A program made the translations under genes and the position numbers. Shown in pieces: positions 27,612 to 36,132 of a stretch of DNA of 36,316 bases; positions within the stretch are counted from its first letter, which is position 1, and every line of letters starts with the position of its first letter. Source of the DNA: Chloroflexi bacterium UBA6019 (lineage in GTDB: Bacteria; Chloroflexota; Dormibacteria; Dormibacterales; Dormibacteraceae); the NCBI GenBank assembly GCA_002427995.1, contig DIZV01000096.1, forward strand, positions 1-36,316, in the 5' to 3' direction. The notes below the pieces were generated by a model that searched no databases, was not told the origin of the DNA, and saw nothing but the letters and a program-made list of their open reading frames with translations.

Positions 27612-28971
27612 GTTCGACGTCATCTGTCTCGGCGCCGGCCCCTGCGGCGAGGCCGTCGCCGGCGAGTTGAAGGGTTCCGGCCTCACCCTCGCCGTCGTCG
27701 AGCGCGAGCTGGTCGGCGGGGAGTGCCCGTACTGGGGCTGCATTCCCAGCAAGACGCTGCTCCGGTCCGCCGAGACGCTGGCGGAAGCGGGCGCCGCCCG
27801 GACCCTTGCGGCCGGCCGGGTCGAGTGGACGGTCGACTTCCCCAAGATCTCCAAGCGGGTTCACTACATGGCGCGCGACCTCGACGACGCCAACCCGGCG
27901 AAGGCGATCGCCGGCGAGGGCGTGGAGCTGGTCCGGGGCGAGGGCCGGCTGGCCGGCCCGCGCACCGTCACCGTCGCCGGACGGACGCTCAGAGCCCGCC
28001 GGGCGGTGGTGATCGCGACCGGCACCGACCCCTTCGTACCGCCCATCGCGGGGCTCGCCGGGGTGCCCTTCTGGACCAACCGGGAGGCGACCCTGCCGAC
28101 ATCGCTGCCGGCGACCCTGGCGATCCTCGGCGGAGGTGCGATCGGGGTCGAGCTGGGCCAGGCCTACGCGCGGATCGGGTCCGAGGTGCACCTGATCGAG
28201 GGGGCCCCCCGGGTCGTCCCGGCCGAGGAGCCGGAGGCGGGCGATCTGCTCGGCAAGCACCTGGCCCGGGAGGGGATCGCGATCCACACCGGCCACAAGG
28301 TGATCGGCGTCGAAAAGACGGCGGCAGGGATCCGGGTGCTGCTCGAGAACGATCCCGCGATCGAGGCGGCGACGCTGCTGGTGGCAACCGGTCGGAGGCC
28401 GCGGCTGGCGACGGTCGACCTCGCCGCCTGCGGTCTGCAGACCACCCAGCGAGGCTGGCTCAAGGTCGATCCGCAGACCCTTCTCGCCGCCGACGGCATC
28501 TACGCCGGGGGCGATGTCAACGGACTTGGCGGCTTCACCCATCTCGCCCATTACCACGGCCAGCTGATCGGGAGCGCGCTCGTCGGGAGACCACGTCCGG
28601 CCGATCACGCCGCGGTTCCCCGGGTCACCTTCACCGACCCCGAGCTCGCCTCGGTGGGCCTCACCGAGGCCGCCGCCCGCGCCGCCGGCATCGACGTGGT
28701 GACCTACTCGACCGACCCGGCGGAGAGTGCCCGGGGCTATATCCACGACTTCAGCGAGGGCGTGATAAAGCTCGTCGGCAACCGGCAGGCAGGGCTGCTG
28801 GTGGGCGCCACGATCCTCCAGCCGCGGGCGGGCGAGATGCTCTCCGAGCTGTCGCTGGCGGTCAAGGCCAAAACCCCGCTGGCCGTGCTGGCCGACCTGA
28901 TTCATCCCTTCCCTGCCTTCTCCCGGATCCTCGGCTACTGCCTCCAGGAGCTCGCCAAACAAGCGGCCTGA
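27604..28971 (+). CDS. Class I pyridine nucleotide-disulfide oxidoreductase (dihydrolipoamide dehydrogenase-like)
   Basis: GAGPCG, redox-active GGECPYWGCIPSK, GGGAIG, AGGDV, PRVTFTDPE and HPFP. Confidence 0.9.
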   Translation: MDEFDVICLGAGPCGEAVAGELKGSGLTLAVVERELVGGECPYWGCIPSKTLLRSAETLAEAGAARTLAAGRVEWTVDFPKISKRVHYMARDLDDANPAKAIAGEGVELVRGEGRLAGPRTVTVAGRTLRARRAVVIATGTDPFVPPIAGLAGVPFWTNREATLPTSLPATLAILGGGAIGVELGQAYARIGSEVHLIEGAPRVVPAEEPEAGDLLGKHLAREGIAIHTGHKVIGVEKTAAGIRVLLENDPAIEAATLLVATGRRPRLATVDLAACGLQTTQRGWLKVDPQTLLAADGIYAGGDVNGLGGFTHLAHYHGQLIGSALVGRPRPADHAAVPRVTFTDPELASVGLTEAAARAAGIDVVTYSTDPAESARGYIHDFSEGVIKLVGNRQAGLLVGATILQPRAGEMLSELSLAVKAKTPLAVLADLIHPFPAFSRILGYCLQELAKQAA

Positions 28972-28995
28972 AGCGCCAACTAGCATTCGCGGGCT

Positions 28996-30192
28996 GTGAT
29001 CCAGACTCGACTTGGCTTTTCCGGGGTCCCGCGCGACGCCTGGGTGCTGCTCGCGGGGAACATCCTCGACAACCTCGGGCTGGGGCTCTTCTTCCCGATC
29101 CTGCCGCTCTTCGTGGAGGGACGCGGCGGCGGGCCGGTGCTGGTCGGCGTCATCGGCGCCTCGGCGCTGGTCGGGAATCTCCTCGTGCAGGCGCCCGGCG
29201 GCTGGCTGGCCGACCGCTTCAATCGGCGGACGATCGTCATCGTCAGCATGGCCGCCTACGGCATCTTCTTCCTCGTCTACCTGGTGCCGCTGCCGGTCAA
29301 CACCCTGGTCGGGATCCGCTTCCTCCACGCCGCGGTCGGGGGCTTCTACATGCCGGCGGCCCGGGCTTTGCTGGCCGACCTCACCCCGCCCCGGATGCGG
29401 GCCACCGTCTTCGGCCACTGGCAGGGGTCGAGCATGGGCGGCTTCCTGATCGGGCCCATCATCGGGGGCGGCCTCGCCCTAATCGGTCTCGATCTGGTCT
29501 TCGCCTGCTCGGCCCTCGCCTGCCTCGGCGGTGCGGCGATGCTGGTGTCGCTGCCGCGCCGCCCGGCGGTCCCCGAGCAGCCCGCGACGGACGCGGCCCT
29601 CAGCGGGCTGGTGCCGGGACGCCTGCTGCTGGTGCTGCTGCCGGCTGTCCTGGCGGGTGCCGCGTGGTCCTACATGGCGGGCGTCTACAACGCGATGTGG
29701 GTGCTCTACATGACCGCGCTCGGCGGCTCGACGCTGGTGGCCGGACTCTCGGTCAGCGTCTACTCGCTGCCGGTGATCCTCTTCAGCGGCGCCGCCGGGC
29801 GGCTGGGAGACAGGTTCGGCATCCGTACCATGGTCGCCTCGACCCTCCTCTTCGCGGGCCTCTTCGCAGTCGCCTACGGCTTCACCCGGAGCATCCCGAT
29901 CGTGATGGGGCTGAGCTTCCTCGAAGCGCTCTGCACCCTGGGTGGCATGCCGGCGGTATACGCCGAGATCAGCCGTGTCGTGCCCGCAAACCAGCAGGGC
30001 CGCGCCCAGGGTCTGTTCGGCATGTTCACAGTCGGGGTCGAGGCGCTCGGCTCCCTTGGCGGCGGCTTCCTCTTCACCTACTGGATCACCCTGCCCTTCC
30101 TCTCGATCGCGCTCGTCTGCCTGCTCGCCCTGGGGTCGGTGCCGCTCCTCGGCCGCCGGCCGAAGGCCCCCGAACCGGCGCCGGCGTGCTGA
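28996..30192 (+). CDS. MFS transporter (DHA1-like), overlapping the tgt start
   Basis: Motifs GWLADRFNRR and GRLGDRFG, with about 12 TM segments. Confidence 0.9.
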   Translation: MIQTRLGFSGVPRDAWVLLAGNILDNLGLGLFFPILPLFVEGRGGGPVLVGVIGASALVGNLLVQAPGGWLADRFNRRTIVIVSMAAYGIFFLVYLVPLPVNTLVGIRFLHAAVGGFYMPAARALLADLTPPRMRATVFGHWQGSSMGGFLIGPIIGGGLALIGLDLVFACSALACLGGAAMLVSLPRRPAVPEQPATDAALSGLVPGRLLLVLLPAVLAGAAWSYMAGVYNAMWVLYMTALGGSTLVAGLSVSVYSLPVILFSGAAGRLGDRFGIRTMVASTLLFAGLFAVAYGFTRSIPIVMGLSFLEALCTLGGMPAVYAEISRVVPANQQGRAQGLFGMFTVGVEALGSLGGGFLFTYWITLPFLSIALVCLLALGSVPLLGRRPKAPEPAPAC

Positions 30193-31370
30193 GTTTCGAG
30201 GTCACCGCGACCGACGGCAGGGCCCGGCGCGGGATCCTCCGGACCGCCCACGGCGTGCTCGAGACGCCCGGTTTTTTCGCCGTCGCCACCCGCGCCGCGC
30301 TGAAGGGCCTCGACCCGGAGGGGGCGGCTCGCGCCGGCATCGGAGCCGTGATCGTGAACGCCTACCACGTCCACCTCCAACCGGGCGGACCGGCGGTCGC
30401 CCGGGCGGGTGGCCTCCATCGCTACATGGGCTGGGAAGGCGTCCTCGCGACCGACAGCGGCGGGTTTCAGATCTTCAGCTTCAAGCACGGCCACGTCGCC
30501 GACGAGGTGAAGGGCCGGCGCCACGCCGCCCACCCCGACGAGGCCCTGCTGGTCGACGCCGTCACCGTCGACGAGGACGGCGCCGACTTCAAGTCCTACC
30601 TGGATGGAAGCCGGCACCGCTTCACCCCCGAGTCGAACATGGCGCTCCAGCGCGACCTGGGGGCCGACCTGCTGATGTGCCTCGACGAGTGCACACCCTT
30701 CCACGTGACGCCCGCTTACACCCGCGACGCGACGGAACGGAACATCCGCTGGGCACGGCGCTGCCTGGAGGCCTTCGACGCCCTCGGCATGGCCGAGCGC
30801 CAGTCTCTCTACGGGATCAACCACGGTGGGGTCTATCCCGAGCTTCGCCGGCTCTCGGCGGCGGCCATCTCGGAACTGCCCTTCGCCGGAATGGCGATCG
30901 GGGACTGCCTGGGCGAGACCAAGCGGGATTGGTACGGGGTGGTCGACCTGGTGGTCCCGCTGCTGCCCGAGGAGAGGCCGCGTCACCTGCTCGGGGTGGG
31001 CGAGCCTGACGACCTGGTCGAGGGCGCCCTGCGAGGCATCGACACCTTCGACTGCGCGATGCCGACCCGGATTGCGCGCCATGGCCACGCGCTCCTCCGC
31101 GGTCGCCCACGCTTCCGCCTCGACCTCACCCAGGCGGGCCGGGCCACCGAGGACGGTCCGCTCGAGGATGGCTGCGACTGCCACACCTGTGAGCGGTACA
31201 GCCGGGCCTATCTCTGGCACCTGTTCAAAGCCCACGAGGTGTTGGCGATCGCGCTCACGGCCGAGCACAACCTGCGCTTCACGGCGCGACTGCTGGAAGA
31301 GGTGCGGGAGGCGATCAGCGCCGGGCGGCTGGCGGATTTCCGCCGGGAGCTGCTGAACAGAGCGGGCTGA
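30186..31370 (+). CDS. tgt: tRNA-guanine transglycosylase (Chlamydia-like, probably queuine-inserting)
   Basis: Motifs NAYH, TDSGGFQIFS, GADL-DEC, HLLGVG, DTFDC-PTR, the Zn site CDCHTC and HNL. GTG start at 30186. Confidence 0.93.
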   Translation: MLSFEVTATDGRARRGILRTAHGVLETPGFFAVATRAALKGLDPEGAARAGIGAVIVNAYHVHLQPGGPAVARAGGLHRYMGWEGVLATDSGGFQIFSFKHGHVADEVKGRRHAAHPDEALLVDAVTVDEDGADFKSYLDGSRHRFTPESNMALQRDLGADLLMCLDECTPFHVTPAYTRDATERNIRWARRCLEAFDALGMAERQSLYGINHGGVYPELRRLSAAAISELPFAGMAIGDCLGETKRDWYGVVDLVVPLLPEERPRHLLGVGEPDDLVEGALRGIDTFDCAMPTRIARHGHALLRGRPRFRLDLTQAGRATEDGPLEDGCDCHTCERYSRAYLWHLFKAHEVLAIALTAEHNLRFTARLLEEVREAISAGRLADFRRELLNRAG

Positions 31371-31402
31371 ATCGTTGTACGGTAAAGGCCTCCCTCCCTC
31401 GT

Positions 31403-31440
31403 GACGGTGCCGGGCAAAGTGCCCGGCACCGTCTCACTTT
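31403..31440 (+). terminator. Probable intrinsic terminator after tgt
   Basis: Perfect 14-bp stem GACGGTGCCGGGCA-aag-TGCCCGGCACCGTC, followed by TCACTTT. Confidence 0.65.
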
Positions 31441-31462
31441 CGGGGACGAATACTCTTCCGGA

Positions 31463-32404
31463 GTGCAGCAGCCCGTCATCGAGGTTCGCGACCTCGTCAA
31501 GCGCTACCGGAAGGCCGACCGCAACGCAGTCGACGGCGTTTCCTTCTCGGTCTACCCGGGGGAGTTCTTCGCCCTCCTAGGGCCCAACGGCGCGGGCAAG
31601 ACGACGACGATCTCGATCCTCACGACGACGCTGGCACCCACCTCCGGCCGGGTCGACATCGGTGGTGCCGACGCCATCCACGAGGCGGCCGCCGTCCGCC
31701 GCCAGGTCGGCATCATTTTCCAAAAGCCGAGCATCGACCGGAACCTGTCGGGCGAGGAGAACGTCCGCTTTCACGCCATCCTCTACGGGCTCTACCCCTA
31801 CCGGCCCTTCTACCGGATGATGCCGGCCGACTATCGGCGCCAGGTGACCGAGCTCGCCGCTTTGCTCGGATTGGGGGATGAGATCTTCAAGCCACTCAAG
31901 AAGCTGTCGGGCGGGATGATGCGCAAGCTGGAGATCATCCGCGGCCTGATGCACCGGCCCAAGGTGCTCTTCCTGGACGAGCCCACCGCCGGGCTCGACG
32001 CGGCGAGCCGGCGCAACCTCTGGGACTACCTGAAGGGCGTCCGCGAGCAGAGCGACACCACCGTCTTCCTCACCACCCACTACCTGGACGAGGCGGAGGA
32101 GGCGGATCGGATCTGCATCCTCGACAAGGGGAAGGTGGTAAAGATCGGGACCCCCGACGAGATCAAGGCGGACCTCCTCCAGGAGTACCTGGTCCTCGAT
32201 TCGGCCGACCGCTCCGCCCTCCGGCGGGAGCTCGAGAGAAAAGGCCTGCCGGTGCGCGACGCCGGTCCCTTCCAGGTCCACCTCGACGGCCGCACCGCCC
32301 AGGACGTGATCAGCTCGCTTGACACCGAGCTGACCGTGCTGCGGATCCACGCCCCTTCGCTCGAGGACGCCTACCTCAAGATCGTCGGGACGGCGATCGA
32401 GTGA
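31463..32404 (+). CDS. ABC exporter ATP-binding protein (DrrA-like)
   Basis: Motifs GPNGAGKTT, LSGGMMRKLEI, LFLDEPTAGLD and TTHYLDEAE. TACTCT lies 6 nt before the GTG, suggesting a leaderless start. Confidence 0.93.
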   Translation: MQQPVIEVRDLVKRYRKADRNAVDGVSFSVYPGEFFALLGPNGAGKTTTISILTTTLAPTSGRVDIGGADAIHEAAAVRRQVGIIFQKPSIDRNLSGEENVRFHAILYGLYPYRPFYRMMPADYRRQVTELAALLGLGDEIFKPLKKLSGGMMRKLEIIRGLMHRPKVLFLDEPTAGLDAASRRNLWDYLKGVREQSDTTVFLTTHYLDEAEEADRICILDKGKVVKIGTPDEIKADLLQEYLVLDSADRSALRRELERKGLPVRDAGPFQVHLDGRTAQDVISSLDTELTVLRIHAPSLEDAYLKIVGTAIE

Positions 32405-33180
32405 GCGACGTCAGCGCGATCCTGACCGTCGCCTCTCGCGACGTCCTGAAGCTGGGCCGGGATCGGACCCGGCTCGCCTTCTCGATCGTCTTTCCGCTGA
32501 TCTTCATCGGTCTCATGGGCGGGACGTTGCAGGGCAACCTGGGACGGGCGGCCGGCTTCAACTTCATCGGATTCATCTTCACCGGCGTGCTTGGGATGAC
32601 GCTCTTCCAGTCGGCCGCGCAGGGCCTGATCTCGCTGATCGAGGACCGCGAGCAGGATTTCAGCCAGGAGATGTTCGTGTCGCCGATCTCGCGCTACTCG
32701 ATCGTCTTCGGGAAGATCCTCGGCGAGAGCGTCGTCTCCCTGGTCCAGGCGGTGCCCGCGTTCGGGCTGGCCCTCCTCCTCAAGGTCCCGCTGACGCTCC
32801 CGATCTTCGCCCTCATGCTCCCGGCTGCCGTTCTCGCCTGCCTGCTCGGGGCGGGCTTCGGTGTGCTTGCGATGTCCCTGCTCAACAGCCAGCGGGCTGC
32901 GCAGCAGATCTTTCCCTTCCTGATGTTTCCCCAGTTCTTCCTGGCCGGGATCTTCAACCCGATCAAAATCCTGCCCTGGTACCTCGCGCCCTTCTCGCTC
33001 CTCTCACCGCTGCGATACCCGGTCGATCTCTTCCGCGGCATTCTCTACCAAGGGCGACCGGAGTACTCCAAGATCGTGCTCTTCGACCCGCTGACCAACC
33101 TGGCGGTGATGGCGGCCATGTTCGCCGTCTTCCTGGTCATCGGGACGGCGCTCTTCGTGCGCCAGGAGACCAACCGCTAA
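32401..33180 (+). CDS. ABC-2 type permease (DrrB-like)
   Basis: Six TM segments, with DREQDF-VSP-R-GK, FLAG-F-P and SPLRY. GTGA overlap with the ATPase gene. Confidence 0.9.
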   Translation: MSDVSAILTVASRDVLKLGRDRTRLAFSIVFPLIFIGLMGGTLQGNLGRAAGFNFIGFIFTGVLGMTLFQSAAQGLISLIEDREQDFSQEMFVSPISRYSIVFGKILGESVVSLVQAVPAFGLALLLKVPLTLPIFALMLPAAVLACLLGAGFGVLAMSLLNSQRAAQQIFPFLMFPQFFLAGIFNPIKILPWYLAPFSLLSPLRYPVDLFRGILYQGRPEYSKIVLFDPLTNLAVMAAMFAVFLVIGTALFVRQETNR

Positions 33181-33263
33181 GAGGGGTCCATCCGCCGGCG
33201 GATCGCCGCGGTTCGGGCGTGAGCCTCGACTAATCGCCCGCGAATCGCTCCCAGTCTGGACTT

Positions 33264-33749
33264 TCAGTCAGGAAGGAGCGCGGTGAGGTTGCGGACCTGG
33301 GAGAGGTGGCCCATCTCGTGGGCTGCCACCAGCCGGCAGAAGTCGAGCACTGTCAGCTCTCCCATTCCGGGGTCGCTGACGACCCGTTCCCAATCGGTGG
33401 CGGTGAGCCCGCGGAGCAGGTCCATCGTGCGCCGCCGCAGCCGTCCCATGTCCTCCAGCTTCTCGAGCGCGGGCGCCAGCGCCTCGGCCCCGTCGAGGTC
33501 CGGTTCAAGGGCGGCCATGGCATCGACCTCGGAGGCGCCCTCAACACAGGCGTGGCGCAGCGCTGAGTCGGCGGCGGCGCCGGTCTGGCTCACGTGGAGA
33601 ACGATCTCGCGAAGGGTGGGGAAGGCCGGCCCGTGACGGTAGGCGAGGCGGTTCTCATCGAGGCCCGAGACATAGTCGCGCACCCGCTCCGGGCAGGCGC
33701 CGAGCATCATCAGCACGTCCTCCTTGGCGAGTGTCCGGTCTGGCTCCAC
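33264..33749 (-). CDS. DinB family protein
   Basis: Motifs TLREIVLH, LRRRTMDLL-L-DWER and HEMGHLSQ. Confidence 0.82.
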   Translation of the reverse strand: MEPDRTLAKEDVLMMLGACPERVRDYVSGLDENRLAYRHGPAFPTLREIVLHVSQTGAAADSALRHACVEGASEVDAMAALEPDLDGAEALAPALEKLEDMGRLRRRTMDLLRGLTATDWERVVSDPGMGELTVLDFCRLVAAHEMGHLSQVRNLTALLPD

Positions 33750-33755
33750 GCTGCT

Positions 33756-33944
33756 CTAACGGTGGATCTGGCTGACGGCGAAGGCAAGCACCATCAGCGC
33801 GATCGCCCCGAAGAAGAGGATTTCGATTCGCACCGCCAACCGGACCCGCCGGATCGCGGCGCGGGACCGCTGGCCGCACCCGTCGCAGTAGCTCGCGTCC
33901 TTGACCAGCGGCGCCTGGCAGCGGTCGCAGGTGGCCTGGCTCAT
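33756..33944 (-). CDS. Small zinc-ribbon membrane protein
   Basis: CDRC...YCDGCG zinc ribbon plus one C-terminal TM helix. ATG lies 1 nt after the upstream stop. Confidence 0.72.
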   Translation of the reverse strand: MSQATCDRCQAPLVKDASYCDGCGQRSRAAIRRVRLAVRIEILFFGAIALMVLAFAVSQIHR

Positions 33945-33945
33945 C

Positions 33946-35343
33946 TCAGCGGCGATAGAGGACCTTCCCGTCCATCTCATCCTTGTTGAGACGCTTGTTC
34001 AGGTGCAGACCCTCCAGTACCAGCTCCAGCACCGACGCCTGGGCCTCCGGCCGTTCGGGAACACCCAGCCGCTTGGTCGCCGCCTGGAGCTCGGAGGGGT
34101 CCTTCAGCAGCTTCAGGTAGGCGCTCGCCGGCGTCGCCTCGCCCACCTCCAGCGAGGCGCCCTCCTCAAAGCGCTGGACCAGCCATTCGAACTGGCCGGC
34201 GGTGAAGTGGCGGCCGAAGACGGCGTTGACAGCGGACCGTTGGATCCGGGTCAGGACCTGCTCCTCCTTGCCCTCGTCGAGCGCCTCGACCTCAACCCGG
34301 CCGGCGGTCGAGGCGACCAGGTACTGCAGGTCGGAGACGCGGGGAACCGCGAGCGACTCACCCAGCCGGACCGAGCGCCGGATCGCGTTGGAGATGAGGT
34401 TCTCGTAGTTGCCGATCGACATCCGGACCGACACGCCGGAGGACTGGGAGATGTGCGGCGAGCGGCGGGAGTGGTGGGTGATCTCGGCCACGATCTCCTT
34501 CATGAAGGCCGGCACCAGCACCTCGACCTCGGCGCCGGGCGGCGTCCGCTCCGCCTCCATGATCTCGATCTCCTCCGGCACCGTCAGCGGGTAGTGGGTC
34601 CGGACCTGGGAGCCGAAGCGGTCCTTGAGAGGCGTGATGATCCGGCCTCGGGAGGTGTAGTCCTCGGGGTTGGCGCTGGCGAGGACGAAGAGGTCGAGGG
34701 GCAGCCGGAGCCGGTAGCCGCGGATCTGGACGTCGTTCTCCTCCATGATGTTGAGCAGGCCGACCTGGATCCGCTCGGCGAGGTCGGGGAGCTCGTTGAT
34801 CCCGAAGATGCCTCGATTGGTCCGCGGCACGAGACCGTAGTGGATGGTCAGCTCGTCGGCCAGGTAGCGGCCCTCGGCGACCCGGATCGGATCCACCTCG
34901 CCGATCAGGTCGGCGATCGAGGTGTCGGGGGTGGCCAGCTTCTCGCCGTAGCGCCGCTCTCGTGGCAGCCACTCGATCTCCGCCTCGTCGCCCTTCGCTG
35001 CGACCTCGTCCCGGCAGTGCTTGCAGATCGGGGCGAACGGGTGGTCGTTGATCTCGCAGGCGGCCATCACGGGCACCTCGGGGTCGAGCAGCTCGGTCAT
35101 CGCGCGCATCAGCCGGCTCTTGGCCTGGCCTCGCTCGCCGAGGAAGATCAGGTCGTGGCCGGAGATGACGGCATTGGCGACCTGGGGGATGACCGTCTCC
35201 TCGTAGCCGATGATGCCGGGGAAGATCGGCCGCCGCTCGCGCAGGCGCGCCAGCAGGTTGCGCCGCATCTCCTGCTTGACCGACTCGCGCTGGTGGCCGG
35301 ACGCTCGCAGCTCGGCGATCGTCCGGGCCTCGGTGGAGGACAT
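33946..35343 (-). CDS. Magnesium-chelatase-like AAA+ ATPase (Rv0958-like)
   Basis: Walker A variant GERGQAKS, then EKLATPD, DLIGEVDPI, NELPDLAERIQVGL, SANPEDYT-RG and LKDRFG. Confidence 0.88.
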   Translation of the reverse strand: MSSTEARTIAELRASGHQRESVKQEMRRNLLARLRERRPIFPGIIGYEETVIPQVANAVISGHDLIFLGERGQAKSRLMRAMTELLDPEVPVMAACEINDHPFAPICKHCRDEVAAKGDEAEIEWLPRERRYGEKLATPDTSIADLIGEVDPIRVAEGRYLADELTIHYGLVPRTNRGIFGINELPDLAERIQVGLLNIMEENDVQIRGYRLRLPLDLFVLASANPEDYTSRGRIITPLKDRFGSQVRTHYPLTVPEEIEIMEAERTPPGAEVEVLVPAFMKEIVAEITHHSRRSPHISQSSGVSVRMSIGNYENLISNAIRRSVRLGESLAVPRVSDLQYLVASTAGRVEVEALDEGKEEQVLTRIQRSAVNAVFGRHFTAGQFEWLVQRFEEGASLEVGEATPASAYLKLLKDPSELQAATKRLGVPERPEAQASVLELVLEGLHLNKRLNKDEMDGKVLYRR

Positions 35344-35352
35344 CGAGCGTGG

Positions 35353-35362
35353 AGTTTAGACT
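35353..35362. promoter_or_regulatory. Back-to-back -10 elements sharing a TA (AGTTTAGACT)
   Basis: Minus strand TAAACT lies 9 nt before ATG 35343. Plus strand TAGACT lies 9 nt before ATG 35372. Confidence 0.5.
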
Positions 35363-35371
35363 CACGATTCG

Positions 35372-36121
35372 ATGCAGGGCCCCTACACGATGCGCCAGCG
35401 ACTGGAGGCGGCGCGGGCTGAGGAGCGGATGCTGCTGGGCGGTCACCGCGGCAACCCGGCCGACCATCCCGAGAACACACTGGCCTCCTTCCGGTCCGCG
35501 ATCGAGCTCGGCTGTGACATGGTCGAGTGCGACGTCCACCTGACCACCGACGGCGAGCTGGCTGTGATCCATGACCACACCCTGGAGCGGACGACCAACG
35601 GCAGCGGGCTGGTCGGCGCCCACACGCTGGCCGAGCTGCGCGAGCTCGACGCCGGCCAGGGGGAGCGGATCCCGCTGCTGGAGGAGCTCATCGAGCTGGT
35701 CCGCGACCGGGTCGGGCTGGTGATCGAGACCAAGCAGAACCCGATCCCCTACCCCGGCCTGGAGGAGAAGCTGGTGGCCACGCTGCGCGAGCAGGGGATG
35801 GTGGAGCAGGTCAGCGTGATCTCCTTCCACCACCTCTGCATCCGGCACCTGAAGGAGGTCGCGCCCGATGTCGACGCCGGCATCATCGACGCCTCGCGGC
35901 CGATCGACCCGGTCGGCATGCTGCGGGCGGCTCGCGCCGACCTTTACTCCTCCTACTTCGGGACGCTCGACCCCGCCATGAGGGCAGAGCTGCGCGCCGC
36001 CGGCGCGGCAGTGGGGGTCTGGACGGTCGACGACGACCTGAGCCTGCTCTGGACGCGGGTCTGCCGTCCCGATTCGGTCTTCACAAACCGGCCCGGCGAG
36101 ATCGGGCCGAAGCTGAACTAA
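35372..36121 (+). CDS. Glycerophosphodiester phosphodiesterase
   Basis: Motifs GHRG, PENTLASF, ECDVHLT-DG, HD-TL-RTT, IETK, ISF and WTVD. Confidence 0.93.
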   Translation: MQGPYTMRQRLEAARAEERMLLGGHRGNPADHPENTLASFRSAIELGCDMVECDVHLTTDGELAVIHDHTLERTTNGSGLVGAHTLAELRELDAGQGERIPLLEELIELVRDRVGLVIETKQNPIPYPGLEEKLVATLREQGMVEQVSVISFHHLCIRHLKEVAPDVDAGIIDASRPIDPVGMLRAARADLYSSYFGTLDPAMRAELRAAGAAVGVWTVDDDLSLLWTRVCRPDSVFTNRPGEIGPKLN

Positions 36122-36132
36122 GCTTCCCAACC

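Noticed and set aside
27723..30185. Apparent 1215-aa TGT fusion protein
   Set aside because: The N-terminal ~820 aa is an Arg/Pro/Gly-rich off-frame read-through of the oxidoreductase and MFS genes. The real tgt starts at GTG 30186.
31371..31440. Possible preQ1 riboswitch or 6C-type RNA near tgt
   Set aside because: It lies downstream of tgt and lacks the preQ1 aptamer motifs and A-rich tail. A single hairpin with a T-rich tail fits a terminator better.
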